From the NCBI GenBank assembly GCA_038496445.1, contig JALMLS010000140.1, positions 1-64,000 of the forward strand: a DNA stretch of 64,000 nucleotides. Direction: 5' to 3'. Under the pieces are notes generated by a model that was not told where the DNA came from, searched no databases, and saw only the letters and a program-made list of their open reading frames with translations. Below are positions 51,437-64,000 of the stretch, in pieces. A program made the position numbers and the translations under genes. Within the stretch, counting starts at the first letter, position 1; each line of letters starts with the position of its first letter. Source of the stretch: Trichosphaerium sp. ATCC 40318. Lineage: Eukaryota; Protista; Tubulinea.

Positions 51437-53277
51437 ATGACTACTGTGTGGTTATATTTCGTATTACTGATCGCATTGTTATGTACCAGCGTAAAAAGCT
51501 GTAAACGTAAGAGAATAATAGCAATCGTTGGTCACGGCGAAAGATACGTAAAAAATGGAGGGCTTCCATACAATGAAGTATTGGCTGATTTGAGTACGTA
51601 TTTACTCGCAGGGAGAGGTTTTACGTGTTTTATTGTACCTAACAATGTAAAATAGCAAGCAAAAACCCAGAAATCGACAGCACTGATTATATAGACAAAG
51701 CAGGCGATTTATTACCAAGAGGGTTTCAAAGTTTAACAAGAGTCGGAGAACGGCTACGATTTACTTATGATACACTTGTAACAAACCTAAACAGAACGCA
51801 TTTGGTCACGTCAAAGTACGAAATAATTACGCTGTCTTCACAGAGCGCAATGTTCCTTTTTTGTAACACGTACAAACAAAACTTCTCTTTTAGCACGAAA
51901 ATTGGTGAGCAATCTCTTCAAGGAATAGTATTAGGATTATACGCAAGTCGTACGTTTATATTTTTGGATTGTTTTTTTAAATTGTTCGCTTATTAAAGTA
52001 ATTTAGCACCAGTTACTGTATTTAACCATGAGTATGTTGTACTTGGAACAGGCGAAGAAATACCTGTACGCCTAGGAGGCTCTTTTGTTCTTTCTTCTTT
52101 GACAATTTTGGGAAACTAACTTAACATTGTTAGTACGATATCCTTCCAAAAGTATCAGCTCCATGGGAAAACTGTCCAAGGTTCGTTCAACATTGAAAAA
52201 AATTTGTTTGCTTTTATTTAATTAATTCTTCCTGACATGTCTCAGTATCTCTGCTTTCTATGAGAATATTGGCAATACTTACAACACATTGAATGATTCC
52301 AATAGGTCTTTATTTGAGGTAAGGACTATAATTTGGTGACACGTGTTACGTGTTTTAATTTCAAATTATAGGAAGAGTATCCAGTATTATTCCAAGAGTT
52401 CGTAGATAAATTAGAAGCTACCTATCCTGGATTGACAACAATTGGTGGTATACTTACAGTATACGAACTGCTAGATATTGATCACATATTTGGACGTCCT
52501 TTACTTGGTGATCTCTTCACATTTGAAGAGTACGAAAAGTATCAACCACTAAAGTACAAAAAAAACCCAAACAAACAAAGTACAACCTCATCTTACAAAT
52601 TGAATAGCGAAGCGGCCAGAAAGATTATTTCTACCTTACCAAACAATGCTACACTAGAGGTAAGGATATAATTGGTTTTTTGGCGAAAGCTGTATTCTTT
52701 TCGTTTTTTCTTACAAGCTGCCCTAAAGGCTATGGCTGCTCCTGCTATTGAGCATCTTATGACGGAGATTGCCGATAATGCAACAAATACGTTGTTGACA
52801 ATATACACAGTAGATGATTTAACTTTATCTACAATATACGCTAGGCTTATCGAAAATGGTACAGAGTACGTCAATGTCAATCCCACTACGCAGATCTTAT
52901 GTCTCCTTACATTTGTTCCTTATAGCGTTCCACCACCTAAGACTGGTGAGGTTTTCCTTGTTGAGGTATATGGTGAATGCTCATACTCTGATGAGAGAGT
53001 ATTCTCTGTCTCAATTGATGGTACAAGCCACTATGTTGCTGCATGTGGGCGTGATAGTCTGCGTTGTAACGCAACTGCGGTAATTTCTAAACGGTCTTCC
53101 TGCTCTGTGGATCACATGTACAGTGAAACGTGCAATACAACACAGAGTGGTCTACACGCTTTAGAGGCTTGGGATTGTTCTAACCCGGTGCTTACAGCAG
53201 AAAATGGAAATAGAAAATTAATGTTCAATTTACTGGTAATGTTGATGGGGCTAGTGGTACTCTTCACTAGCATGTAA
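51437..53277 (+). CDS. Secreted or membrane-anchored histidine acid phosphatase-like protein with degenerate active site; multi-exon
   Basis: Signal peptide; IIAIVGHGER at the RHGxR position; LTRVGERL..; SLQGIVLGLY; IYTVDDLTL at the HD position; VPYS...LVEVY; C-terminal hydrophobic tail. Confidence 0.65.
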
Positions 53278-53697
53278 AGCGCATAGAGCAGTAGAACCCC
53301 AGTTTTTTTTGTAGATTGGCGGGTTTTAGTAAAAAACACTCAAAAATAAATATACTCCCTTGTCAATGGTGATACATCGCTTAGAAGCTTTCTTAAATAC
53401 AAGTAGTGTCAACTCACTACTTCCTGATCTCATTCAGACAACGAGTAGAAGAAATTAAAAAGAAAAAATGAGACTTTTTTCAAGAAATCATTACATGAGT
53501 TATACAAGCTAGCAACCCCATAGATACTATTGCGAGACACCAAAAGTATCAAAATGACGTAGCTTTCAACGCAAAAGCGCCTTCAAAAGGGCAATGTAAA
53601 TAATTTTATAAATTAATCAAACAATTAATACTACAAGTATATAAACGTACGTATCAACATCACACGAGAAGAACGTTAACGTGAAAAAATAAGTTGA

Positions 53698-56600
53698 ATG
53701 CAAGAACACGCTTTGAACGTAGATCCTATCTACAAGTCGTTACTAGACAGCCAAGAGGAGAATGAGGCATTTCAAAAAGAGATTAGTGAAGGGATAGCCA
53801 GAGCTGAAATAGAATTAAAACGATTATCTCTAAGCCTAAAATACGCTAAAGCAGAAGAAACAAGGATAATTACAAGCATCGCTGAAAGAAAAACGACAAT
53901 CGCGTACAAAAAACCGCTACTTTTCCTTGTTTCATACTCATACCCCTTATAGAGCAAACCTAGAGCACCTCTCACAAAATCATAACATACCACTTGACCA
54001 ACCGTTCTCCCTGTGGGTCTTGTTGTCAGATGAACTCTACCTACAAATATTTTCTACGCTGGGTGCCACCGCTTTGTGCACTGTGTCACAGGTACGGCGT
54101 GATCACCAAAAAACAGAAGAATCGACTTTGTACCAAAAGTTTGTCAGTTTTCTTCTTGAATGCGGCTCAAAGCTGTTTAAAACCATTCTTCTGAGTACAG
54201 AGTATGCGTCAGAGCTAATTATATTCGTTTAGGTTTGTTCTGGAATGAATAAAATCGCAAAAGATAACTCTTTATGGCACAAACTACTACGGAAGGAATT
54301 CGTACCTGTACGCTCATTTTCTCCTTACAATGTCATCGTATTTTACTTCTAAACTACTCAATCTCTAACACATTACTACTACAGGCTGATCAACTCATTA
54401 AAGCGCCTAAAACAATAGCTTTACCTCCTTTATACAATCTATATAAGGATTATTATCGTGACAAGCTATGGGCACATAAATTAATTGTATCTGATGCTAG
54501 TTATTTTTCACATACTTCAAAAGTGACACCACATATCGTTTCTCTTCTTGAAGCGCATGCCAGTACCACTTTAAAAAATGTAAGTGGGGAGTGCTTATTG
54601 TTTTTTTATTTTATTCTTTTGTTATGAGGATAACTGTTAATCTCTTTGCGTGTAGGGTGATACAGAGACGTATGACAAGCTTTTTGTTCAAACTTATGAA
54701 TTTTCTCAACAAATGAACAATGGTACGTTCTAGTTTGATTAGTGATAGCGTAAATATAGTAAATTTATTCGAGTATCTCAGTGGATATTTATTTTGTAGA
54801 TATCATATTTGCAAGCTTTGTTTTGTGGCTTCTCTTCGTACTCACCTTTGTGTTAGCTATACAAGATCGATTTCGTACAATAAACTCGTTCGAGGAGTGG
54901 GGAGATAGATTATGTGAAAAAGCAACGAAAGGTACATGAAGTAACATGACACGTGATAAAACAAAGCGTTTTTTTTCGACATCTTGTTAAGCTGGATTAT
55001 TTAGCGCCTAAAGAAGCCATACAAATATGGAATTTGGCAATTGATAAGTATGATACGGCTCTATCTAACCATGAGCAACAGATGGGGAATACAGATGAAA
55101 GACCCAACTTCTCGCGTTACCTGAGAACTGTGCGAAAGCTTGGTAGGTTTTTTTGAGCATCTTGATTGAGGCATGAAACTTACTTTTTTGTCTTTAAGGT
55201 GCACAGCTTAATATCGAAGATTTTCGGTTCAATGAGGATGATTTTAATGTAGTAGACGGAAAACTAAGCATGTTGAACCCATATGAAGTGTTGACACAGC
55301 CTAAACGGAGAAAATTAATAAAGGAGCTTGGTCACGTTATTTACAAATTCGCACTCACAAGGTAAGTGTGGATACTTTTTAGTTCTTTTTTTTTTTCATT
55401 GAATTGTTTTTTCGTTTTAATGGTAATGTGTGTTAATGGCGTTTTGTTTAGTGAACGAGAGACACGCTTAAATATACAAGTAAAAGTACCTCCTCACTTT
55501 TATGATTACACAAGGAAAGAAACTATGAAACAATCGATTGAATTTAATTCACTTACAAATTCTGAAGAATTTGTACCAACAACTACTACAGGTACCTACA
55601 TTTTCTCTTTTAGATGTTATTTATTTTTTTAAAAGCTCTTACCTTGTTGTTAGCATTGACGTTACCTTCATCACCTGATTCCTTTAACTTCTCGCTTGGA
55701 AATTCTCAAGGAAGTCTTGATGCTTTTAATTTTGGAAACATTAATGCATCTCCAGAACGTGATTATAGCAATCATAGATGTGTTCAAAGAAGGCGTAGAA
55801 AACGTCGTACTAGCCATCAAAACTATATGGTACAACATACCAATAGCGTCGGAAGCGCAGTACCTTGGGTTGGTATGTAAAGCTTATTTTGTTCTTTTCT
55901 GGGTTGAATCTCGTCTCTTCCGAGAATAACTTTTTTTAGTGAATACTAACACTTCATCTCCACCAACACCATCTCCATCTCCTCTTGAAGGTATGTCATT
56001 TTAATGGACTCCACTCTTTAACATCTTTTAGTTGATAACGGTTTGGATTGGAGCAAGCTTGGTTCTGTTATACGTCACACTGAAGTATTATTGAAGCTTG
56101 GTTTTGCACATTATAAACGAGGACAGTTACTCATGGTAAGCGTATTCATTTCTACTAAAGGTGACTCAATACTGATGTGTATATTTGTAGGCTAGCAAAC
56201 CAAAGAGCCCTAAGAAGTCACTTGAATCCTTCAAGACAGCAAATCGTCTCATGCATACAGTAAGACAACATTTTTTCGGTTTTTTTTTTTGATTGTTTGA
56301 CTTACATTTATTGCTGTAGTTGTTGGCTACCATGTCAGTCTTACCTGGTCACTTAATGCCACACAATGATTATTATTGTCCTTGTTGTGGTGTTCAAGTG
56401 ACTGAGAGCTTTGCTCAAATGGTTATGCGTATACAAGGATGTGTTTATGTACAAATTGCAGAGATTTTGTTAGAAAGCCAACCTGGATACTTTGATAAGA
56501 GTCATCCACTTGCAGGAGATTCATTAGATGATTTAAAGAATAAGATATTACAAAAAGAGAGAGAACGTGAGCGTATGAAACGTAGTCGTGGTAGACGAAA

Positions 56601-57435
56601 GAATGTACGTTATCACAAAGACACAAAAATTTTTTAATGAAAACTTGAATGATCACCTGAACCTCCTGACTCTTTGGCCAAAAGATGATACAATTCTTTT
56701 AAATATTGATCAGTGTATTACCTTAATCGGTTTGATCGTCTGTCTATTGCATAGACATCTTGTATTAAGAAGGTTTAACTTTTTTTAGAAGAACCAAAGA
56801 ACAGAACAAAAGGCTTCTATTGTTGAAGATATTAAAGCACTAAAGAAGCGTTACTTGACAGAGAAATGTTTTGAGAAGGGAGCTATATTATTCAAGCAAC
56901 TACTTGATCTTCTAGCACAACAAAATCAACATTACATTCTATTTGTAATATCAAGACTTTACAGCATTTGGGTGCGTAGTTTCTTAAAAAATTCCTCTTC
57001 TTATAAAATTCCGCATGCACGTGTAGTTCACGCTGAATATTTTTCAAAACCTGTCTCTACGCGCGTAGACGGATTTTACTTAATTTTTTTCGCTCGTGTC
57101 AAAAAGTCACGTAAAAGTCACGTGACTTTTTTTTGTGTTTTTTTTTGTGCTTATTTTTTTATGTTTAGCGTAAAGAACAGCAGTGTCTTTGGTATTTATC
57201 ACAGTACCTTGCACTTCCTACTACAGTTTCAGCTCATCTTGATTTTGAGAGCTTCGATTATGTTCGTAGTAATCGTCATTTTAAACATCTTGTTAAACAA
57301 GCATCACACTACCCTCTTGATACAGCAGATAGATTTGAGTACCGTTATGGCACTCCAGTTGCTTCAGCTGCTGTATTAAAGCAAAGAAAACGTATTAAAG
57401 CCTGTAGACGGCCAACAAGAGGGGTAAATCAATAA
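53698..57435 (+). CDS. Large F-box protein with helical/TPR-like C-terminal region; multi-exon (start uncertain)
   Basis: LLSDELYLQIFSTLGATALCTVSQVCSGMNKIAKDNSLWHKL is a clear F-box; GT-AG exons continue to TAA at 57433-57435. Confidence 0.75.
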
Positions 57436-57819
57436 CACTGAGAGTGACAGTAAAAGAAAAGGAAAAGAAAATAATCAAAAAAAAAAAAGAGTAAAACAAA
57501 AACACAATGTAAATACGTTTCAAAATAAACAAAAAAGAACATTCTCAGAACACTAGCATAAATATGTATCATTTCTTGAGGTTACTACTTAAGTATGAAC
57601 GAGGAATTGGCCTGTTAAGGACCCTTAAACCAGGCATTGAGGGCATTTTTTTATTTAAAGTATTTCGTTTATAAGCAAGTAAGGTGTTGTTGATTAGCTA
57701 CAAAACCATGAATAGAACTATCATCCTCAAGTAACCTGTAAGTACAGTACGTACTATAAAAGCCCAATACTTATTGACCGTGACAGATAGACACCTACAA
57801 ACGCTGTTAATACAAAGAT

Positions 57820-59406
57820 CTATTTCGAAAGTTTCTTAGTATTTTTTCGTTTTAAGTACCTTTTCTTATAGTTGTCTATGAAACTCATCATTTTAAAATC
57901 AATAGGTTGTTTGTCACCATCTATAAGCGTGATAACAGATGTTTCTTTGTTGACTCTATAAACAGTCTTACTTGTAATCAAAAGTTCTTTATCAAAAAGC
58001 CAAAAACCTTTCTCTTTTGCACCATCAGGAAATGAAACAATACCTTCTTCAAATACCGTTCCATGACTCCACTCACCAATCCATTTCACACCAGATAATT
58101 CATTCTCATTTTCAGCATTACAAAAATACAACTCTCCTTTACCATGTCTAAGATCATGCCTATACTCGCCAACATATTTTGTTCCATTTTTCCATATTGT
58201 TTCACCAACACCACTTCTTCTATTAATTATAAAATCACCAATGTATTTTCTACCATCAGGCCATATAAAAGTACCCTTTCCTTGAATGTTTTCTAACTTA
58301 AAGTTTCCTCTGTAAAACTTACCGTCAGGCCATGACATTTCACCAAAACCAGATATCCAATCATTCTCAAACTCACCAATGTATTTCTTACCATCAACCC
58401 AACACTTCTCTCCATTACCATGTCTTTTACCATTCTTAAAGTCACCTTTATAAATAGTACCACTTGCTGTAACATATGTTCCTTTGCCATGTTGTATACC
58501 GGCCACGAAGTCACCTATATACTCAGTACCATCAAGCCAACACTTCTCTCCATTACCATGTATTTTACCATTCTTAAAGTCTCCTTTATAAATAGTGCCA
58601 CTTTTTGAAACATACGTTCCTTTACCTTCTTTGTTACCGTTTTTAAACTGGCCAATATACCTGGATCCACTAACCCAACACTGCTCTCCATTACCGTGGC
58701 TTTTACCATTCTTAAAGTCTCCTTTATAAATAGTACCGCTGGGAGTAACATATGTTCCTTTACCTTCTCGTATACCGGCCACAAAGTCACCTACATACTC
58801 AGTACCATCGTGCCATAACTGCCTACCATTTCCTTCTAAGCGTCCACTAATAAAATTACCATAGTACTTTGTTCCATCTTTTAAATAACATTTACCTTTC
58901 CCAGTCATCCTGCCTTTATAAAAATCACCGATATAAACCTTACCATTAACCCATTCTTGTTTTCCTGTACCATGCTTCTTACCTCTAACAAAGTCACCGA
59001 CATATACACTTCCATTAGCACCAAATAAAGTCCCTCTGCCTGTAATTTTATTGTTTTTAAACTCTCCAACATACTTTGATCCGTCAGGCCAAGTTTGCTC
59101 TCCTTTGCCATTTTTTTTATCATTTTCATAGTCTCCACTATAAACTATACCTTGAGGCCAATAAAAATGGCTTCCTTTGCCATGACGTTTGTTATCTTTA
59201 AACTCTCCAATATACTTTGTGCCATTTGGAAACGTTACTTCTCCTTTTCCTGTAATGTTATCTTTATAGAACTCACCAATATACTCTTTCCCATCTGGCC
59301 AAGAATATTCTCCATTACCATGGCGCTTACCTCTTCTCAATTCTCCGGTATACTTAGAACCATCACGGTACGTTTTTGTTCCTGTTTTTATTTTCTTTTG
59401 CTTCAT
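57820..59406 (-). CDS. Intronless MORN-repeat protein (about 18 repeats)
   Basis: 23-aa YxGxFxxGxxxGxGxxxWxDG repeats; probable ATG at 59406 (MKQKKIK); near-identical internal 138-bp duplications. Confidence 0.92.
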   Translation of the reverse strand: MKQKKIKTGTKTYRDGSKYTGELRRGKRHGNGEYSWPDGKEYIGEFYKDNITGKGEVTFPNGTKYIGEFKDNKRHGKGSHFYWPQGIVYSGDYENDKKNGKGEQTWPDGSKYVGEFKNNKITGRGTLFGANGSVYVGDFVRGKKHGTGKQEWVNGKVYIGDFYKGRMTGKGKCYLKDGTKYYGNFISGRLEGNGRQLWHDGTEYVGDFVAGIREGKGTYVTPSGTIYKGDFKNGKSHGNGEQCWVSGSRYIGQFKNGNKEGKGTYVSKSGTIYKGDFKNGKIHGNGEKCWLDGTEYIGDFVAGIQHGKGTYVTASGTIYKGDFKNGKRHGNGEKCWVDGKKYIGEFENDWISGFGEMSWPDGKFYRGNFKLENIQGKGTFIWPDGRKYIGDFIINRRSGVGETIWKNGTKYVGEYRHDLRHGKGELYFCNAENENELSGVKWIGEWSHGTVFEEGIVSFPDGAKEKGFWLFDKELLITSKTVYRVNKETSVITLIDGDKQPIDFKMMSFIDNYKKRYLKRKNTKKLSK

Positions 59407-59836
59407 TCTTTGCACGTGACAAATAAAAAAATACGTGTTTGGCAACGATTGTTATCCGGGTTGTTTGCGAACGTTTTAGCGAGTCGATAACGTATTTTGT
59501 TTAACAACGAACTCAAAATATGCTAGACTAGCGTTATAATTATTGAAGGGTAAAATTGGCTTCTTATACAGCCACTACGGTTTATACCCACTATTTGTTT
59601 AAGTCACCCTTGGTTTTTCATGAAACACCCAATACTGCTCACAATACTGCGAACTCAAGCAATGAACAGTCAACGTCACAGGTCTTGGCTTTATAAACTC
59701 ACTGTCGTATAAGGTTCCATTGCACTGCGACAGTGAGTGTGTTAATACACTTTTGGCGCAGTGGTGTATATTTTGCGACATGAAGTGTCAATCAGAAAAA
59801 CTACACCAGTACCAACAAGTATTTTATTTTACAATG

Positions 59837-60792
59837 TCAAGCAATAAACGATGACAGGTTAGAGTCTTCCTGAAGTGATTTCTTAAGAATGTACAAGTAA
59901 TGAAAACCTACACAATCCATTATTTAACTACAAGAAGCAAACAATAATCAAGAAACCTTTATTTGAATCATTGTCATTGATGGGAATTTTATCAACTGTC
60001 ACGTGCCTGGAAAATTATTTAGAATTAAATTTTATGCTTTAAAACTACTTACCAATAACATCCCGATGCTTTTAAAAAATCGATTCTGTCAGAAGGAGAT
60101 CCGTATGATACTACTAAAGCACATGACCCAAGAGAAAGAATTCTGAACATTTCTTTCAAGAAAAGAGTTGTATTTTGGAAACATTTTGGTCCACACTGGT
60201 TTAGCGTCTTAGCAGTACTCAAATAAAATCAACACGTACAAGAAGCGCATCCAAGGTTCCCTTATCAAGTATACCACCAAAAATACCGTCACCAAAGTAG
60301 CTCATATCCGTGCAATCCAAAGTCAGCCCTTTTTTTTTGTTTAGCTTTTTGAAACAACTAGAATCTGTTTTTCTCATTTGTTTCTGCTTTTTGAAAGTAA
60401 TTCGCACGTGCAATCAAGTTGTTCTATATTCGCATATTTATCACGCATGCTTTTAATAACGACATCACTAATATCAACATTTATGACGTGCTTCCAGCCG
60501 TCTTTGACCATCAAACCAGGAAACTCTACAAAAGTACCGTTTTTTTAGCGTTTGAAGTGTGTAATACTCTACCAGAGTTGCCACAACCGGTGTGTAATAT
60601 ATCAACGTTCTGTGGGAGGTGTAGAGCAATGTACTTCTTTAGCCTGTCGTAATTTTGATACCAATCGAATTGTTTTGGCTCTCTACAGCATTATTAGCGC
60701 AGTTATACGCGAAATAACGCATTTTACTTTCGGTATCGTTTGTCCCAGTATTCGCTTGCAGCATAATTCCCCACACGAAGTTTCTCAGTCAT
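59837..60792 (-). CDS. Class I SAM-dependent methyltransferase, EEF1AKMT4/METTL13 N-terminal-like; multi-exon
   Basis: EYWDKRY..FDWY, ILHTGCGNS, INVDISDVVI, ILDKGTLDALLCG, VSYGSP. Confidence 0.9.
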
Positions 60793-60904
60793 ACCTATGG
60801 GGTGGGAGGGTTTTTAGGGTTATTGAAGTTAAATGTCAACCAAATTCCACAGATTCGTTTGTTTGAACTGTCACACGCCTCAATGCATTCTTAACCGTAT
60901 AGAA

Positions 60905-61391
60905 ATGTCTAATAAATCTCCTTTGATTGGATTAATAGGCGAACCACCAGAACAACCTAAACCGTTATGGGAGCAGCCAGTACGTTACTCAAACAACGCA
61001 ACTAGACGTATATTAATAACATCTGAAGGCGGAATCGTTTATAGCGCACTTAGAAAGCAAAATGAATACTGTTTGTGAACGGTACGACATCGTAGAATGT
61101 GTGGTTTTGATGATATGCGCCAGATTACATTTTTTTCTGATTTTTACTTTCGTCCTTTCAGACACGATGTCATTGACGATTCTCATCAATTCTATGAGTC
61201 TGAAGAATATATAGAAACACAACCACTTCTATCAGTACGTACTCAGGGTTCTGTCAACCTCACAAACTCTAAAAAAGGGCTCTACAATGACAGCAAATAT
61301 GGATGACACATTCGCGCTCGAAGAGGATACCACCAAGAGTGAGGATGACTCTACAACGTCTTTTTGTTGCTGCTTCAAAGTACACAACTAA
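60905..61391 (+). CDS. Small acidic hypothetical protein ending ..FCCCFKVHN; probably 4 exons
   Basis: Three plausible GTACG..AG introns give a continuous frame (AESFIAHLESKM coiled segment, C-terminal CCC). Divergent from the methyltransferase with about 112 bp between ATGs. Confidence 0.5.
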
Positions 61392-62039
61392 AGCTATACG
61401 TACAGCATCACGAGAGTACACTAACTCATCTCAATTCATTGACATGTTTTATTTTGGTCAAATAACAAGTTAACATGTGTTAAGACATAAAATCTTGGAT
61501 TATATTAACATCACGTGATGTTCAAATAACTTAGTAGCTTCTGTTTAAATTATTCATATAAGGTAGACGCTATTTTCTTGCATAGGTCACATGCGAAAAT
61601 GCAACTTCACGTGTTTTGATTCGACAAACAACATAACTTAATTGCTTTTATCAGAACAATCTGGACAAGCAAATACTGCAGCATAGCCTTTCTGTTCTAA
61701 AGAAGTCGTAACCTTGTTCTTTTGTTATCATTGTAGGGTTGTTAGAATTCACCACTTTTTGTAAAGCAAAAGCAACTTTTGACAGTGATACTCAGGAGTA
61801 ACGTCATTCCTTTGCTAGCAGAAAAGGTAGTTTCGCATGAAATATGCTCTCTTTTTAACAATTTCTCGATACTATTTGTACCAACCGGCGCACCCCTACA
61901 CCATAGTTGTGATATGCATGCCTATGACTTGAATAAATAATCGCAAGCTCACCATGAATAGCTACTAACTATTTTACATGGGAAATAAAATAGCTTTTTA
62001 ATCTTTTTTTTTATTGTTTGGTTTATACAATTTTTTATT

Positions 62040-64000
62040 TTATATCACAAAAGTATCATCATCATCAATGCCTCTCCAAGCAAGTTCATACTCACGGTTC
62101 CAAGTCCATGCGTTAGTACTAGCTAATGGATAATCTTGAGGAAACTTTTTAATAGTGAAATATAGCTCCTTATTTTCAAGGTGCCTCATGTACCTAAAAA
62201 TACAGTCAGATGGAAGACTACATCCGAAAATGTCACGTGGTCATTTTCAATAAAAAGCACTAGTAGTATTGATCTTGAGGTTTTCTTTGTACTGTTCATT
62301 TGGGCTTAAAGGATACAATAAAAATGCAAGAAAAAAAGAAGAAAGAAGAAAGCGTGCTTACCCTCTCATTCGTTGGATGTATCCGCTCATAGTCGACTGA
62401 AGTGTACCAACAAATACTCTACCTTGTGTACAAACAATCATCTCTACAAGAGGGACCCACCAGTTAGGTAAATCAGTTACAAGAGATGCATAATCAGAAA
62501 ATGTATGGATATTATATCTTTTTCCCATAACAGACTCAAACTCATCTTTAAAAACTTGTGGATCTTCATCTGTTGCTACATATATATCCTCTCCTTCTTG
62601 TAATAAACCAAGGGTATTTTCATATATAGTTTCAGGTTTGATATTCCTATTCTCCTTGAATTCCAAGCACGTCAAAGAAAACAAAAAGGAAGAAGATGTT
62701 GGGAAGTTACAAGTTCCAAAAAAAAAAAGTTTGGTCGGATACGTAAATCTCCACGGCGGTAATGGAATGCGCTGTATGACTTTGGTAGTTTAACTATAAT
62801 ACGTGCAGCAGCTTCCCACATTTCATCCATGAAATGAACATGATCTCTAACCATACGACGAGTTTCTTTGAACATATGCTTATGTGATTCTCGGAAATAA
62901 AAATGAAGATAAAAGTGATTAAAGAACGTTTGCTCCCCAAACTCAAGGACTAAGAAGAGTATAAGATAAAATAAAATATACAACAAGACATAATTCAGAT
63001 ATCTATCGTACGTTTAGCAGTCTTAAAGTTAGGCTCAGAGTTAGAATCTCGAAGAGTTACACCCCAGTTTGGAGGATCAGCATACTTTCTGTTGTGACGC
63101 CAAGCTTGTAGTTTTTCCATTTCTGGAGTACCTTCTTTTGGTAGTTCTGGGTACACAAATGTGGATGACTAACATGGGAAAAAGGGTGTCAGCATTTTGT
63201 TAATGAAGTAGGATTGAGTAAAACAAAAGTTAACTTTTTCTAAATTTAAAATTGTTTGTTGCTTTTCTTACTCCAGAGCTAAAGTCTTTCCATATACATG
63301 TAGCCTTTGATTTGATTATTTCTTTATAGTCTGGGTGGTTAATAAACTCATAGTACTGAATGGTAGGATGACCTGACTTCATATCGTACAAGTTATACGA
63401 CTAAAAAGAATTAATGTTTAAAATCAAATCTCCAAAAAATGTCGAAGTGACACGTTGTTTTTCGTACATCAGACGTCCTGAATATTTCTTTGTAAGGATA
63501 CGTTACAGATGGTTCAGGAAGAACCAACGTTCGGTTAGTTAACATAGCCATCACATATGCAATCTCAAGCGACATACGCCTGTAATTAAAGAATTAGTAA
63601 AATACAATACAAAAGAGGAGAAAAAAAAACCAACAGGTAAATGTCACGCGACATGTCATGTTTTAAAAGGCGTACTTGTTATTGTGACCAGCTCTCCATG
63701 GTACAAATGTCATGTATCGATCAGGTATACTGCGCTTAGGCGCATGGTGGGTGTGTCTGTCAGGGTATTCCCAATATTGCATTCTATAACACTCAAATTA
63801 AGAAGAGAGCGTTTGGAATGCAGTTGAGAGCGTTTTGCGTACTTTTCGAGAATAATTTGTTCAGTGTGTACTTCTTCAGCAGATAGAGTTGATTTATCGT
63901 GTATATTTGCGCGTATGATGTCCTCGATGTTATCTAGATTAATTTAGTTTTAAATCGACGTTGCACTTTTTTTCATTCTTGATCCGTGTAACATACGCGC
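62040..64000 (-). CDS. O-fucosyltransferase family protein (POFUT2-like), 5' end beyond the window; multi-exon
   Basis: AGHNNKRMSLEIA..AMLTNRTLVLP, AFHYRRGD, IYVATDE, EMIVCTQGRVFVGT..STMSGYIQRMRG. Confidence 0.88.

Noticed and set aside
9105-59445. An integrated giant-virus genome segment
   Set aside because: No viral hallmark genes (capsid, polB, packaging ATPase); the virus-style genes are isolated among intron-rich host genes.
60905-61391. CCDC32 assignment for the small CCC-tailed protein
   Set aside because: Resemblance is limited to one short motif (ESFIAHLESKM); insufficient to name it.
2000-64000. Alternative genetic code or U12/non-canonical splicing as the explanation for fragmented ORFs
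   Set aside because: Genes spliced by hand (asd, amylase, WASHC3, YkvA, methyltransferase) read through with the standard code and GT-AG introns; only one GC donor was seen.

Overview
AT-rich, gene-dense eukaryotic nuclear DNA with many short (mostly 35-150 nt) GT-AG introns, so the ORF track fragments most genes; gene models here were spliced by hand. Gene content (Clu-domain protein, WASHC3, formin, 'DWY' helical-repeat nuclease, F-box expansions) suggests an amoebozoan-like protist (inference). The window holds a ~1.95 kb non-autonomous DNA transposon, a tRNA-Lys, and housekeeping genes: Asp-semialdehyde dehydrogenase, WASHC3, a PH-domain formin, an SDR reductase, CENP-S, a methyltransferase and an O-fucosyltransferase. 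It also has bacterial-type genes that carry introns (GH13 amylase, YkvA/DUF1232 with a 4-nt microexon), intron-poor repeat genes of a type common in giant viruses (F-box-LRR, F-box-MORN variant, MORN), an inverted duplicate vWA gene pair and an 8-Cys secreted peptide missed by the ORF track. The most notable feature is a four-copy gene family (31.5-48.6 kb) with the apparent architecture F-box / H4-like fold / H3-like fold / BTB / hypervariable C-terminus. This would be a histone doublet inside a protein carrying two different cullin-adaptor domains. The copies are mosaics of each other, one is pseudogenised, and one sits head-to-head with CENP-S. All domain calls are by-eye motif alignments, not database hits.
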